A stretch of 63,318 nucleotides of DNA, the filler included. It is 7 parts of 7 records of this genome, joined end to end, with 100 filler letters (N's around TTAATTAATTAA, not from the genome) between each part and the next. Parts side by side here need not be neighbours in the genome. Positions count along the whole stretch, not along the records: positions 10,748 to 19,524 come from SRR20825019_2234; positions 19,625 to 29,875 come from SRR20825019_2239; 5 more parts are not named here. One strand, given 5' to 3'. A program made the translations under genes and the position numbers. Under the pieces are notes generated by a model that did no database searches, was not told the DNA's origin, and saw nothing but the letters and a program-made list of their open reading frames with translations. How positions within the stretch are numbered: position 1 is the stretch's first letter; each line of letters opens with the position of its first letter. Of the stretch, positions 10,757 to 23,248 are shown piece by piece.

Positions 10757-13700
10757 GTGGTTTTCAACGAGTCGATTACTGTGTATATTACAGAAGCGAA
10801 CGGGTATATCACCAGCAGCATCATCGGAATGGTGGTCCTTTACGTGATCGTACTAGTATTAATCATCGCCGTCTATTTCGTCCTGGTCTTCAATTTTAGA
10901 AAGATTAGCTCTACTAAATTATCGACATTGAGTTTGTTTACTCTGATCCCGAAGAAGGCCCTGGAGACTCTACACGAGGAGTCTGAGAAGCGTGTTGTCA
11001 ATTTCGACGAGCCGGATGGTGAGTTTGTCAAAATGAAGATAGCAAGGGGACTTGGTGACGATACCGAAGCAATGCAGCGGCTGATACAACAAACCGAACA
11101 GGACCTTCCTCAACTCGATCAAGAGCCAGATATACCCGTCCCTAATCCAGCTACTCCTTCTACCGCCGCCAACAGTACCTCTGCTAATGCAAACGGCCAA
11201 CTTCACCGAGCCCAATCATCGGGGTACCTCCGTGGTGGCGCAGCGAATACTACTACTACTGAGGGTACCGGCGATTCACTCTACCGCGCAGTATTGAACA
11301 ATAGCAACTCCCATACTAACAAAGTGTCGGGATCAAGGTCAAAAGCGTCGTCATCAAGTGCTGTAACTGATCACCTCGGAGCACCACCAACAGGGGATGG
11401 GGTGTGGGGTGATCTGTTCCTTTATGGAAATCTCGGAATCAACTTCGAAGAGGATCTTAAAATGGGTATTGTTGCTGGTGGAGATGGTGGTGCCGCTGCG
11501 ACCAGAGTAGGTGGTGTGGGTGGCATAACTACGGAGGATTCTGCAGCTGTAGATGATGAAACATGGCGTGAGGAGTTTATGAGGGAGGCAGAAGAGAAGA
11601 ACGCTCGCCGACTTCTCGCCTCCAAGAAATGGTTCTGCTATACAATCCTCTCCGCAGATGGTTGTGGTAATCTACTGGTGCTCCTCTCCACCATCATATT
11701 CATTTTGACCGCGATTCTCGTCGTTATATTTGCGCTTTCAAATACGAGCGTTATCAGGGAAAATGTGTCCGTTGGTGATAAAATGATAACTCACCTGAAT
11801 GAGGCCATCTCCGATCGGTATAACGTACTTCGGCACACAGAAGCCTTCGTCATCAATGCCTCCGATAAGTCCCTCGGTAAACTATCCTCCATCTACACGA
11901 ATAGGGGTTACAGCATCGCATCCTCAGAACTTCAAAAACTTGCGGGGGTGATTTCGAGCTCACTTTCAAGAAATGATTACTTTGCCATTTCGTCGCTGGA
12001 GGTAATCCGTCGCATTTTCGATCATGAGGATCAGTTCCAGTCGGTGGAGGTAATGCTGACAGCTGCTGGTGTTATTGCATGTACAGCATCCACTAAATAC
12101 CCAACAGCATCATCGGTCACCACCACCAACAACAACACCAACAGCTCCTCCTCTGACCACTACATCTTCTTTCCGAGTGCATATCAGTCTGCCATCAGTA
12201 CAGCCTCCGCGGCCGTCCATTGTAACAACTTCCCCTCACATACATGGACCCGTGATGACTTTGCTCCGATTGTTGTGAAGCCTCTCAAGGGTGACGCAAA
12301 GCGAGATAATCACTACACACTTCGAACGAAAATAGATTTCGCGTATTGGCAGCCCTTCAATTCCCAAGACGGAGAAGAGCAAGCCTACCGCAGCCCTGCA
12401 TCTGCTCTAAAATACGAAGCTCGTTACGTCGGTGATGATGTTGACTACGACAGCTACGGTGCTGTCATAAAGCAGAGGAGGGATAACCTAGACATTCGAT
12501 ACAATCTTATCCGAAATGAGCTGCCTGTGGGGGAGGCCATCGATATTTCTCTCCCCAATGGAACAATCATGTTCCAACGTGCAATGGGTGCCCTTAAGAA
12601 CCCATTCCTAGTCGATAACTTTGCCGTCAGTATTACAACTCTATTTGGGGGTTTGATGAGCATATATAGTAACATGTTCCTGGTCATGGAGCAGCACGAA
12701 GTCACCTCAGAAGCTGCAGCCTACTCCAAAATCATCACAGGATCCATTTTAATAGTTCTAAGTGGATTTATGATTATGGTGTTGAAGTTTGGGGAGGAGG
12801 TGATTGCGTCTGGTTCCACAGGCGGAACAACAGGTGCTGGAAGTAACCCTCGAACACGAGGCAGAGCAGCACTACGAAACCTAAAGCGTGGCCTCATGTC
12901 CGGTGGACGATCTCGCAGTAAAATGAGTCGCTCTGGTGGAAGTAGTAGTACTACTGCATCATCCCTAAACGCCGCATCGGCAAACTTCCAAGAGGGGGCC
13001 GGTACTTGGGGTGCCATGGCCTACAGCCGTATCCTCCTCGTCTTCATCCTGCTTTGTGGCGTAGCACTGATCACCCTCGGAATACTCCTCCTGTATAAAA
13101 TCCAGAGCCTTGGATCTGCTGTTACTGAAATGTACGACTTGAAGTACACATGGGCAACATTCATTGACATGAGAGAGCATGCCTCCCTTTTAGTTCGTAA
13201 GGCTGCCATCTACGGCGACAATACCGCCCCCGCTCAATTCACAAGGATAACCGAAGACGTTGAAAACTACATCGCCAGATTCGCCGCATTTGCATCTACT
13301 GATGATGCTAAAAGTGCGTTGTCTGAGTGCTCAACACAGCTTCAGAGTCAGGCGTTTATTCAGTATGTTGCCGTGACGCTTGGTGCGTCTCTGCATGGGC
13401 TTCGTATGCCGTCTTCCTTGGAGCGTTTCCACTGGAACATCACTTCCGATGCCTTCCTCACCCGCCTCATCGTCCAATACCCCGAGCAGCACTTCTACTC
13501 AAGTAAAATCGAGGATCTCTCAAAATCAACTTTGGAGAAGGAGAGGTTGATTATTGATCTATTGTATGGGCCGATGATGGACTACTATTGGGGGGATGGG
13601 TATGAGTGGTGCCAGAATGCAAAGGAGCTCTCCAGCACATACCTCGACAAGCAATACATGACTGTCATAGACGACATCGACGCTCTTAACGCAGGAAGTA

Positions 13701-16700
13701 TCATCGCTGCCTTATTTGCATGGTTGCTCTCTTGTATTGTGATTGTGTTGGTGGTCAGGAAAAGGATGGCAATGTTCTCTGCGCGGTTCAAGAGTGCCTC
13801 TCGAGACGATCGTAGTGTAAAGAGTGGGGGATCTGGAGATGGAAATGGAGACTCCGATCAGCTTTACAATCGACTAAGTAGGGAGACTTTAATCGGTCTT
13901 GCTGTGCTTATTTTCCTGTTTACTGGTCTTCTTACATACGTAGTTGTGGACCTTGGAACAGCCAACAGTGATAATAAATACCAAGAGATTGCAGCCACGC
14001 GAGGATTCAACGTTTTCAGAAGTCTCGTTGCCTCCCAGCAAAAAGTCGCAAACCGCACCACATTGCGAGCCGCAGCCCTCGAAGCTGGTGAATCCACAAT
14101 CATTGCCGCGGACGATTTTTACAAGAATCGTGTCGGTAAAATCCAGCTTATGGATGAGCGTATTTTCGGCACCATTCAATCAACTTTGCAGCAATACTCC
14201 TGCTCCGCTGATACGTCAACCACCACCTCCGGTACAGCAACATCTACTACCACCACAACCCCTGTGTACACCTCAACTGATCCTTGGTCCACCACAGTTA
14301 CATCACTGCTCGATGAGGTCGGTATCGACCCCGCCATGAGACGATGGCGGGATGAGGTGACGGCCCTTACATACTTAACAGGGGACTCTGCTGTTCAAAT
14401 GCTTGGTGGACTTGAGGAGGCTGTTGCACCGTTAACTACTGCCATTATCGACACCACCATCCAACATAACTCCTGGCTCCGAGATCGATCTGACATCTCT
14501 CAAATCGTCTACATTATTATCTTAGTGGTGACAGCGATTATTCTACTGTTGGAGCTTTTATTTGTCTTCAAGCCCATGATTAAGTGCCTTATTATTGAAG
14601 AAGAAGGGACGAATTTGATGCTGAAAATGATCCCTGCCGGTGTCCGTGATTCCGTCCCCGCAATCGCCGAATATCTTGAATCTGGAGTCGTAATGCAGGA
14701 CCTAATGATCCATGAGCTCAATGAGGCCGCAACCGACCTTTCTACTATTCCCACCGTCACGATTGATTTCAAGGGAAGAATTGTGCAGTTTTCCAAGGCT
14801 GCAGAGGAGGCCTTCTTGACGTCAAAAGCAGAAGTTCTCGGAAAGAATGTCAAGATGTTGATGCCAGATAACGTCTCTAAGGAACATGACAAATATCTAC
14901 TCAACTACCGTCGGACCGGTGTAAAGCGCATCATAGGCAAGGTACGTCAAGTACAGGCCTTAAAACGCGACGGGAACGTCTTCCCAGCGGAACTTTCAGT
15001 GAGGGAGATTGGTAATGGTAGGAATACCTACTTTGTGGGAACCATTCGGAACATTGCTGCCGACATACAATTCGAGCGTGCTATGGCACTTTCCTCCGCC
15101 GTCTCTGCCGCTGCTAATGTCCCCGTCGTTGTCATCAATGTGCAGGGCATCATCCTAAAGTTCAATCGTGCCGCAGATGATCTCTTCAGATTTGATGAGA
15201 CGGTTGTTGGGAAGAACGTCAATATTTTGATGCCGCCAGAGGTCGCCAAGGAGCACAATCGCTACCTCTCCAACTACCTTAACTACCGTGTTAAGAACGT
15301 CATTGATACTCCTAGAATTGTCCATGCAAAGCGCAAGAGGGGGACCTTCCCTGTGCGGCTTTCCGTCAAGGAGTTGGATCGGGGGCCAGCTCGTGATCCG
15401 ATCTTCATCGGGTATCTTGAGGACCTCTCAAAGCAGCTCAATTTGGAACTATCCTCCATGGTCTCTGAAGCCATCATCCAAACCTCCTCTATTCCGCTTA
15501 TTGCGATCGATCATGATGGGTACGTGATTAACTGGAGCCCTGCTGCGGAGCTTACATTTGGACTATCCCAAGAGGAGATCCTTGGGCAGAACATCCGTGT
15601 CATCATGCCTGATGATATAGCCTCAAAGCACGACTCTTTCTTGAAGGCATATCAACAAACTGGAATTCGTAAGATTATTGGGAAAACGACGACTCAGCGA
15701 GCAAAACGTCGGACGTCTACAGGTGAGTGGGAGTTCATCTCGGTCCGAATCAGTTTGAAGGACATCCCCGGCCCGACCCCTTACACAAACAAATTCGTCG
15801 CCTACCTCGAAGATGTAACCTCCTCAGTGGAGCTTGAACGAGAGTATCGAATCTCTGCATCCACCACTCGACTGTCATCCATCCCACTTATTACTATAAA
15901 TGGTGAGGGTATTGTTTACTCCTTCTCGGCGGCTGCAGAGGATACTTTTGGGTACCGCGAGCAAGAAGTAGTAGGCAATAACATCAAGATGCTGATGCCT
16001 GATCATATTGCTGAGAAGCACGATGGGTACCTCAAAAACTATTCTCAAATCGGCGAGAGACGGTATGTGGACATATCCCGCCTCGTGACCGCCAGACACA
16101 AGGACGGCACAGTCTTCCCAGCAGAGCTCACAATTCACACCGTCGAAGTAAATGGACAATTTTTAATCGTCGGATTCCTTCGAAATGTTGCAGATGATGT
16201 TGAGTTGATGCAGTCAAATGCATACAATACTGCAATTAGCGCCCTAGCCGCAACTCCATTAATTTGGATTGATACCAAGGGGGTGATACTGGGGTGTTCT
16301 GAATCGACTGTGGAGAGGTTCCAGTGGTCCCGAGAGGAGCTCATGGGACAAAACATTAACATCCTGATGCCTGACCACTACGCACACTCCCACGACAAGC
16401 ACCTTGAAGCCTACGCCCGTCGCATGAAGACTGATGGTGCTGCTGAGGCTGCACGGAAGAGTAAGATATTAGGTAAGGAGCGTTACGTGATGGCTAAGAC
16501 GCGAGATGAGAGGACCTTCCCTGCATGTGTGCTGGTGAAGGATATTCACGTCGAGGGCAGTATGCCTATCTTTGTAGGGTACATCAGAGACCTAACCTAC
16601 GAAATCCAACTTGCGGTCCAAAAAAGCATGGCTACTACAATTATCCAAAGCTCCTTCGTGCCGATTGTTTGTATTGATCGAGCAGGTATTATTTCAGAAT

Positions 16701-19524
16701 TCTCAGCTGCGGCGGAGCGAGATTTGGGTTACACCCGAGATGAAGTCATGGGTAAAAATGTCAAGATACTTATGCCCCAAGATGTTGCCCATCAACACGA
16801 TGGCTTCCTCAAAGCCTATGCCAAAACAGGCATCAAAAATATCTTAGACAACCGTCGCTCTGTCGTCGCGGTCAAGAAGGATGGAACACAGTTTTACGCC
16901 GAACTGATGGTAAAGGAGATCATTCGTGCCGATGCGTTAGGTAAGGAGGTAGTGGAATATATCGGCTTCATCCGAGACCTTTCTCAACACTATGTACTAA
17001 GCCAGGCAAACCACATCAATGAGGTTGTTGCACAGCTCTCCACCGTCCCTATCATCATCATCACCTCGAAGGGCCATATCTTGGAAGCGAATAATGCTGC
17101 GGAACAAGATTTCGGATACTCAATTTCAGAAATGGTTGGAAGTAATATCAAGATGCTCATGCCTCAGTACATTGCAACCAAACACGACGGATACCTAGCC
17201 CGATATGCTGCTACGGGTGTAAAGCACGTCATTGATCGCATCCGCCTCACAACCGGCCAACGTAAAAACGGCCAACTGTTCCCAGTAGAACTTTCGGTCA
17301 AGGAGGTGAGGAAGGATGGTGCGTCCTCTCAGTTTATTGGGTATTGTCGTGATGCAACCCTTCAGCAGGAGATCAACATGGCGCATCAAATTAACTCGAC
17401 CATCATTGAACTCTCCGCGACCCCCCTCCTCGTCATCGATCACCTGGGAAGCGTGGAAGTATTCAGCCGTGCCGCAGAAGAAACTTTTGGCTACGAAAAG
17501 AGTGAAGTATTGGGCCAGAATCTCAAAATGCTGATGCCACAAGATGTTGCAGATAAGCACGATGAATACCTGAGTAGGTATCTAGAAACGGGCATTGAGT
17601 CAGTGATCGGCACCAGCCGCCGTGTCCAGGCTAAGCGTAAGAACGGTACCCTCTTCCCCGGAGAGCTGTCCGTGAGGAAGGTCATAAAGGAGGAGACAAA
17701 GAACCCTATCTACATTGGATATCTACGTGACTTAACTGAGGACATCCGCATGGAAGCTCTCAATGCCTTCTCTGCAACCGCCCACGAACTCTCCCCGGTA
17801 CCTGTCATTGTCATCGATCACCTTGGTGTAATTGTGCGATTCTCTGCCTCAGCGGAGCAGGAATTTAGGGTCGCTGCCTCGGATATTATTGGAAAGAACA
17901 TCTCTACTTTACAGCCGCATGAGGTGTCCTCTCAGCACGATGAGTACCTGCGTCGGTACCTCACCACCGGCCAACGACACATCATCGGCTCCCAACGCAT
18001 CGTATCAGCTAAGCGCCTAGATGGAACAGAATTCCGTGCACAGCTCACAGTACAAGAAGTCCGACGCAGGAAGCCAGAAAGGACTCTGGATGAGGATGCC
18101 TGGGCACAGGAGCACAACTTTATGGAGGGTGACGATAAGCCCAACTTTGTAGGATACCTTCGTAATATCGAGCAAGATATTAAGGTGGAGGAGCTGTCAA
18201 GGGAGGGTATTGCCATGATGGACTTAGCACCTCTTCCTGTTGTCGTCTGCTCCCAGCTCGGCATCATCCTTCGAGTGAATGCAGCAGTGGAGGCGGTATT
18301 CGGCTACAGTAGCGAGACTATCACCGGTACCAATGTTAAGGTGTTGATGCCGGAATCCATTGCAAGGGAGCATGATGGATACCTCAAGAAGTTCGATGAA
18401 ACTGGAATCAGAAACGTTATTAACCGTACGAGGTTGACGACTGGTAGGAGGGAGGATGGTACCACGTTCCCCATGGAGATCTCAGTGAGGGAGTTGATTG
18501 TCCAAGGAATTGAAAAGCAGTACGTTGCCTATCTACGCGATATGACACCACTGCAACGAGCCAAGGAGGCAGCCATGCTGAACGAAGCCGTCGTCTCTCT
18601 CGCGTCCACCCCCCTTATTGCCATCACCCCCAAGGGGGCAATCATCCGATTCACAGAGCAAGCAGAGAAGCTCTTCGGATACGCCGCAAATGAGGTCCTA
18701 GGTAAAAATGTCAAGATGATTATGCCTGAGGATATTGCTGCGAAACACGACTCGTACCTCTCCAACTATCAACGAAAGCGCATCAAAAGCATCATCGACT
18801 CCCGCCGTGTCGTCACCGGAGTTCACAAAAACGGCACCCACTTCCCCTGCGAGTTTGGTGTTCGTGAGATTCTAGAGGAGGGTACTACGGACAAGACCCA
18901 GGCGTTTGTCGGATATATTCGTGATCTGAAGGAGGGGGAGTTTGCGGTGGAGGGCTCCTCTGAGATAAACGCCCTTATGATGGACCTATCACTCCACGGT
19001 GTAATCATCATGTCTACCGACGGTATCGTCGAACGTGCAAATGACGCAGTCACCTCCATGTTCGGAATCGCCGACAAGAGCGACTTCATTGGCCAAAATA
19101 TCAAGTACATCATGCCCAGTGAAATTGCAGATCGTCACGATGACTATTTGTCGACGTACCTAGAAACGGGTGTAAAACATGTCATCGATACCCGCCGTGT
19201 TACAACTGCCAGAAATGTCGTTACCAATGAGTCCTTCCCTGTGGAGATCTCTGTTAAGGAGCTACAGGAACGTGGCAAGCCAACAAAGTACGTAGGTTAT
19301 GTCCGACTAGTCGCACATGAACTTCAGGTTGCTCAGGCACGTCGTCTGAATAATGCTGCTCTGGACCTTTCTCCATCGGGCATGATCGTAATCGACTCGA
19401 GTGGCACGATTATGATGTTCTCTCGTGTTGCGGAGGAATTGTTCGAATGTAGTGCAGCGGATATTGTGGGATTGAATGTTAATGTGCTGATGCCCCCTGC
19501 CGTTGCTGCCCGTCACGATGACCA
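10757..19524 (+). CDS. Giant multi-pass membrane protein with at least 13 tandem FixL-like PAS domains; partial at both ends
   Basis: More than 2900 aa without introns; about 7 hydrophobic helices; from about 14741, repeats of I.ID..G.I..F..AAE..FGY...EV.G.N(V/I)..LMP......HD.YL..Y..TG....I....R......(K/R).G..FP..L.V.E. Confidence 0.93.
14741..19524 (+). repeat. Protein-level tandem array of 12 complete and 1 truncated PAS domains, about 125-140 aa each
   Basis: 13 cores counted: HDKYL, HNRYL, HDSFL, HDGYL, HDKHL, HDGFL, HDGYL, HDEYL, HDEYL, HDGYL, HDSYL, HDDYL, HDD(truncated). Confidence 0.92.
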
Positions 19525-19624
19525 NNNNNNNNNNNNNNNNNNNNNNNNNNNNNNNNNNNNNNNNNNNNTTAATTAATTAANNNNNNNNNNNNNNNNNNNN
19601 NNNNNNNNNNNNNNNNNNNNNNNN
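19525..19624. other. Artificial contig spacer
   Basis: N44-TTAATTAATTAA-N44. Confidence 0.99.
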
Positions 19625-20457
19625 AGCGGTTGGCCGGCCGAAGCCCGCAAAAATGCTCCGTGACTGACTGCCAGTAGGCTCACGGTGCATCCGGATCCGC
19701 GAAACGGATCTGCCGTGTGGAAGTGATCACGTGCGGGAGTCAAGTGAGCCGGTTGCTGGCGTGACGACGATGGCGCCTCGGAGTGATGAGCCGGCGAGGT
19801 CCCGCCGCCTGGCCGACTGGCTCCAGTCCCCGCCTGCCGGCCTTCGGGCGAGACTCGCTGCAGTGCGTGACGCGCCGGGCCCCCCGCCCCCGACGTGACT
19901 GAGGATCCGGACCGGGATCAGCCAGGGCGCGCTGCGGTGGTGGGAGCGGAGGGCCACGGTCACCGGACCCGCACGGCGGTGGCCCGGTGCCTCATGTCGA
20001 GGGAGCCAATCGGTCCCGGCCGCCCCGCGCCCGCGGCCCGGGCCGGCCCCGGCTCGGTGGGATCGGGATAGTGCCGGCGCCCCCGAGGCTCCGAGAGGCG
20101 GCGCGCCGGCAACGCCGGGGCGCGGGGCGGCCGGCCCCGGGCGGGGCCGGGGCGGGGGCCGGGCCACTGCCGGCTCGCCGGGCCGGCCCGGCGTCGGGCC
20201 GCGTGGCCGGCCCCCGACTGTTGGGCTCAGGGGCTACTCTTCTAGTAAGCGGCCGTGCCCCAGGGGCCGCCTCGCCCCGGCCGCGCCCGTCACCGGTCCT
20301 TGGGACACCGGGACCACTTCAAAGCGGACTTGCACAGACAGGTGCAGGCGCCACCTGGGCCACTCTTCAGGCCAGTCACGGCCGGTGCCAGCCCCTGTGC
20401 TTTTAAAAATGGCTCGCTTAGAACTCTATCCTTTGGCAGTCTTTGACTTTCGAAAAT

Positions 20458-21081
20458 ATGGCAGACTTTCAGCAACCCACAGTGCAGCCCGCTAACTCCA
20501 ACCCTGCTTTCGAGAACACGAAGCTGTGGGTAATTCTCGCAGGATGGGGGACAGCTCTAATTGGTTTCTTTCCGATCATTGGTGGTAAGAGCCCAAACAA
20601 GCAAGCGGATTATGTCTTGCGAAGCTGAACGTATTCGCCCAACTTACTGGCGTACTCGCAGTACCTATCGCCATTCTTGTTGGCTTTGCCATTGGTTGTA
20701 TAATGCTGATTATGGTTAAGGATCCCATTTGCAAGAAGCTGGTCTACCCGTACTTGATATGCACGTAAGTTTCAACCAATGGAAACTGTTGCTGATGCCG
20801 GTGGCCGGCCACGTCGCGATATTTGCTAATATTCGTCTAATTTACGCAGGGGCATTCTCTTTTGTATTTGGGTTCTACTCTGGTGGGCATTTTACATCGC
20901 CTACATTGTCAGTGGGCTGGGTTATTACGCCAAATGTGCTATGATGGTGTTTTATGGCCTGGCCGTAACCGTCGCCACCTACTTGCAGGCACAAAAGCTT
21001 GAGGCACCTGTGCCCGGGGCACAACCCAATGCGATGCCACCTGCGGGCGCCCCAGTTGTCATGGCTGGAACCCAGGTCTGA
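20458..21081 (+). CDS. Spliced small membrane protein, 153 aa, about 4 TM; join(20458..20584,20662..20764,20850..21081)
   Basis: Introns GTAAGA...CGCAG (77 nt) and GTAAGT...CTAAT...CGCAG (85 nt). Removing them gives one 462-nt ORF: MADFQQP...LWVILAGWGTALIGFFPIIGVPIAILVGFAIGCIMLI...GTQV*. Confidence 0.8.
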
Positions 21082-22392
21082 GCTTCGTGGCCTCCCACTG
21101 CTATGCAGGTCAGCAGGGATCGAGCTGTTCATAAAGTTAATTCGCTATCCAGCTGGATGAGCCGTGGGTATTCCTTGAGGCATACGTACGGTGTTGTTGT
21201 GGTGTTGGCTGCGAATGGAAAGATGAGCTTGTAGGGCTCTCAATGTAGCAAAGAATTCTCTTGGCAGCGTTCGGGAGTCGTGGTGCGCAGTATGATTCAT
21301 GTATCGACAACAGTGGCTATGCGGGCCTTCAACTTGGGTACCGATGTATTCTTCCACGTAGCATATGAGAATCTTATCCATGCGACATGCAGTCAGACAT
21401 CGCTCTTACTATGAAACGGGGTGAGGCATCCATCGTTGGCATAGCCAAGTGGATTATTATATTGGAAACTGAATATGGTACGGTGTGGGGGCATATATGT
21501 GTCAGTATCCTTCGCGGATATTCACTGCGTGACCCGGACGGTGCCGTACCGGTGCCCCAGGATGGTCATGTATCCCTAACCCATCATGCATATCTGCTGA
21601 AGTGCGTGGATAGTGTGGTCGTGGACGTGCAAGCGTGTCCAGTGCAGCCATTATTCCCCCATTTCGCCCCCATTACGCCCTCGCGGAGGCACGCCGGATC
21701 CGTGCCGCGTCGGCTCATGGCTATACGACTGATGACACTGCCGACAGTCCGGTCGTCAGTTCCCAGACGACTGACCAGATGACGAGTGCCTCGGCCCCGG
21801 GCCCCCACACGGATGCCGTGCACTCAGCGCGACCGGGCGCTGGCTCACCGGCCTTGCCATTCGCAGTGCCTCCGGCGACCGTCACACCGGGCGGTGCCAC
21901 CCTGACCCGGCCGCGACCGGACCCGACGACCTGACGGCGGGGCACGGACGCGGCCCGGGGCCACTCTGGGGGGGCACTCCCATGACTGAGTCAGGCATGG
22001 CATGGGATCCGCTTAGCAACGATGGATCTCAGCGGCGCCTGAGCCCGGCGGAGTAGTGGCGTCGTCCGGGAGCCGAGCTGACCACTGACCCGCCTGAGCC
22101 GAGTACGCCCGGCGCGGCCGGCACCGGCGGGCCCGGGCCGCCCGGGCCGCGGCGCCGGCGCACGGCAGAGGGCCGCGGGTCACCCGCCGGGCGCCGAGGC
22201 CAGTGGGGGGGAGGGCCGGCGCAGGCCGCGGGCCGGGCCGCGGGCCCGCGGCGGACCCGTCACCGGTACTGCCTTGCACAGAGTTGAGGGCTCTCTCGGT
22301 CAGATCTCAAGACGCCCTTACTTCATAAGTACGAAAACTCTATACTCGAAGATTTGGATCTTGTCTCTTGGACTATCGTTCTTGCCGGTATT

Positions 22393-23080
22393 ATGAGTGA
22401 ACAACACCATTCCGCACTACAGATGGAGGACTCTATTTACAGTGAACCTACTAACGAGCAGAATAACTTTGACACCTTATACGATGATGCCAATGATACT
22501 ATAGCAGTTGGATACGATGACTATGGGTAAGGACTTGCCGTTAGCAGCAACACGACTTGACTGAGACTATAACTTCACTTAAGGAGTGGACTTGGGGACG
22601 ACAGCATGCTTATGAGCCAACAATCACGCGAGTTTTCGACAAGGTACTATCAGGGTAGGGACGAGGAGAATGCGTACAGCGCCGGAAGTGATGACGAGCC
22701 CCTCTTTGAGAAGCGGCTTGGGCGTACTATTGTTGCTGGGGACCAGGCTCTGTCGTCTGTAAGCGGTGTGAGGTGCGATAAATATGCTGTCCTGCACGTC
22801 TTGGACACGTGGCTAATGCTCTCATGCCTTTCTCAGTTTCATGACGGGGTTTTGCTGCCTGTTTGGCTTCCTGCCCCCTTGCCTATGTATTTCTGGGCTC
22901 GCTTTTGCAGTTAGTGCTATTGCAGGCGGCTGGCCGACCACCCGCAATGTTTCTTCCCTGAGTGCGTGTTCGGGCGCGTTCAGCATCGGTATCTTCATCG
23001 TGACGATGGTTCAAGTTCTTGCCATGTGCATAGTTTTTTCTCTCCTGGTTGCTGTAGCTGGCTCTGACGCCGTGAGATAG
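22393..23080 (+). CDS. Spliced hypothetical protein, 188 aa, acidic N-terminus and about 2 C-terminal TM segments; join(22393..22526,22584..22772,22837..23080)
   Basis: Introns GTAAGG...TAAG (57 nt) and GTGCGA...GCTAAT...CTCAG (64 nt) join ORF pieces 22606 and 22841 in frame. Confidence 0.7.
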
Positions 23081-23248
23081 GCGGGCGATCAGAATACGAA
23101 GCCAAGATGAATGTGAGCCTATAGCAATCGAGGTTACCAGGTTCGATAGTGGCGCCGCCTGGTCAACAATGACCTGGCCATGCTCCAAACTCAAAGGACT
23201 AAACACCATGCCTTCCACATCCAAGAGAAGTAGTATACACACGCTGTA

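Noticed and set aside
21100-21800. Possible additional - strand spliced gene between the two small membrane-protein genes
   Set aside because: Splice-like signals exist (GTACGG, ACTGAC, TTCAG), but I could not build a consistent open reading frame.
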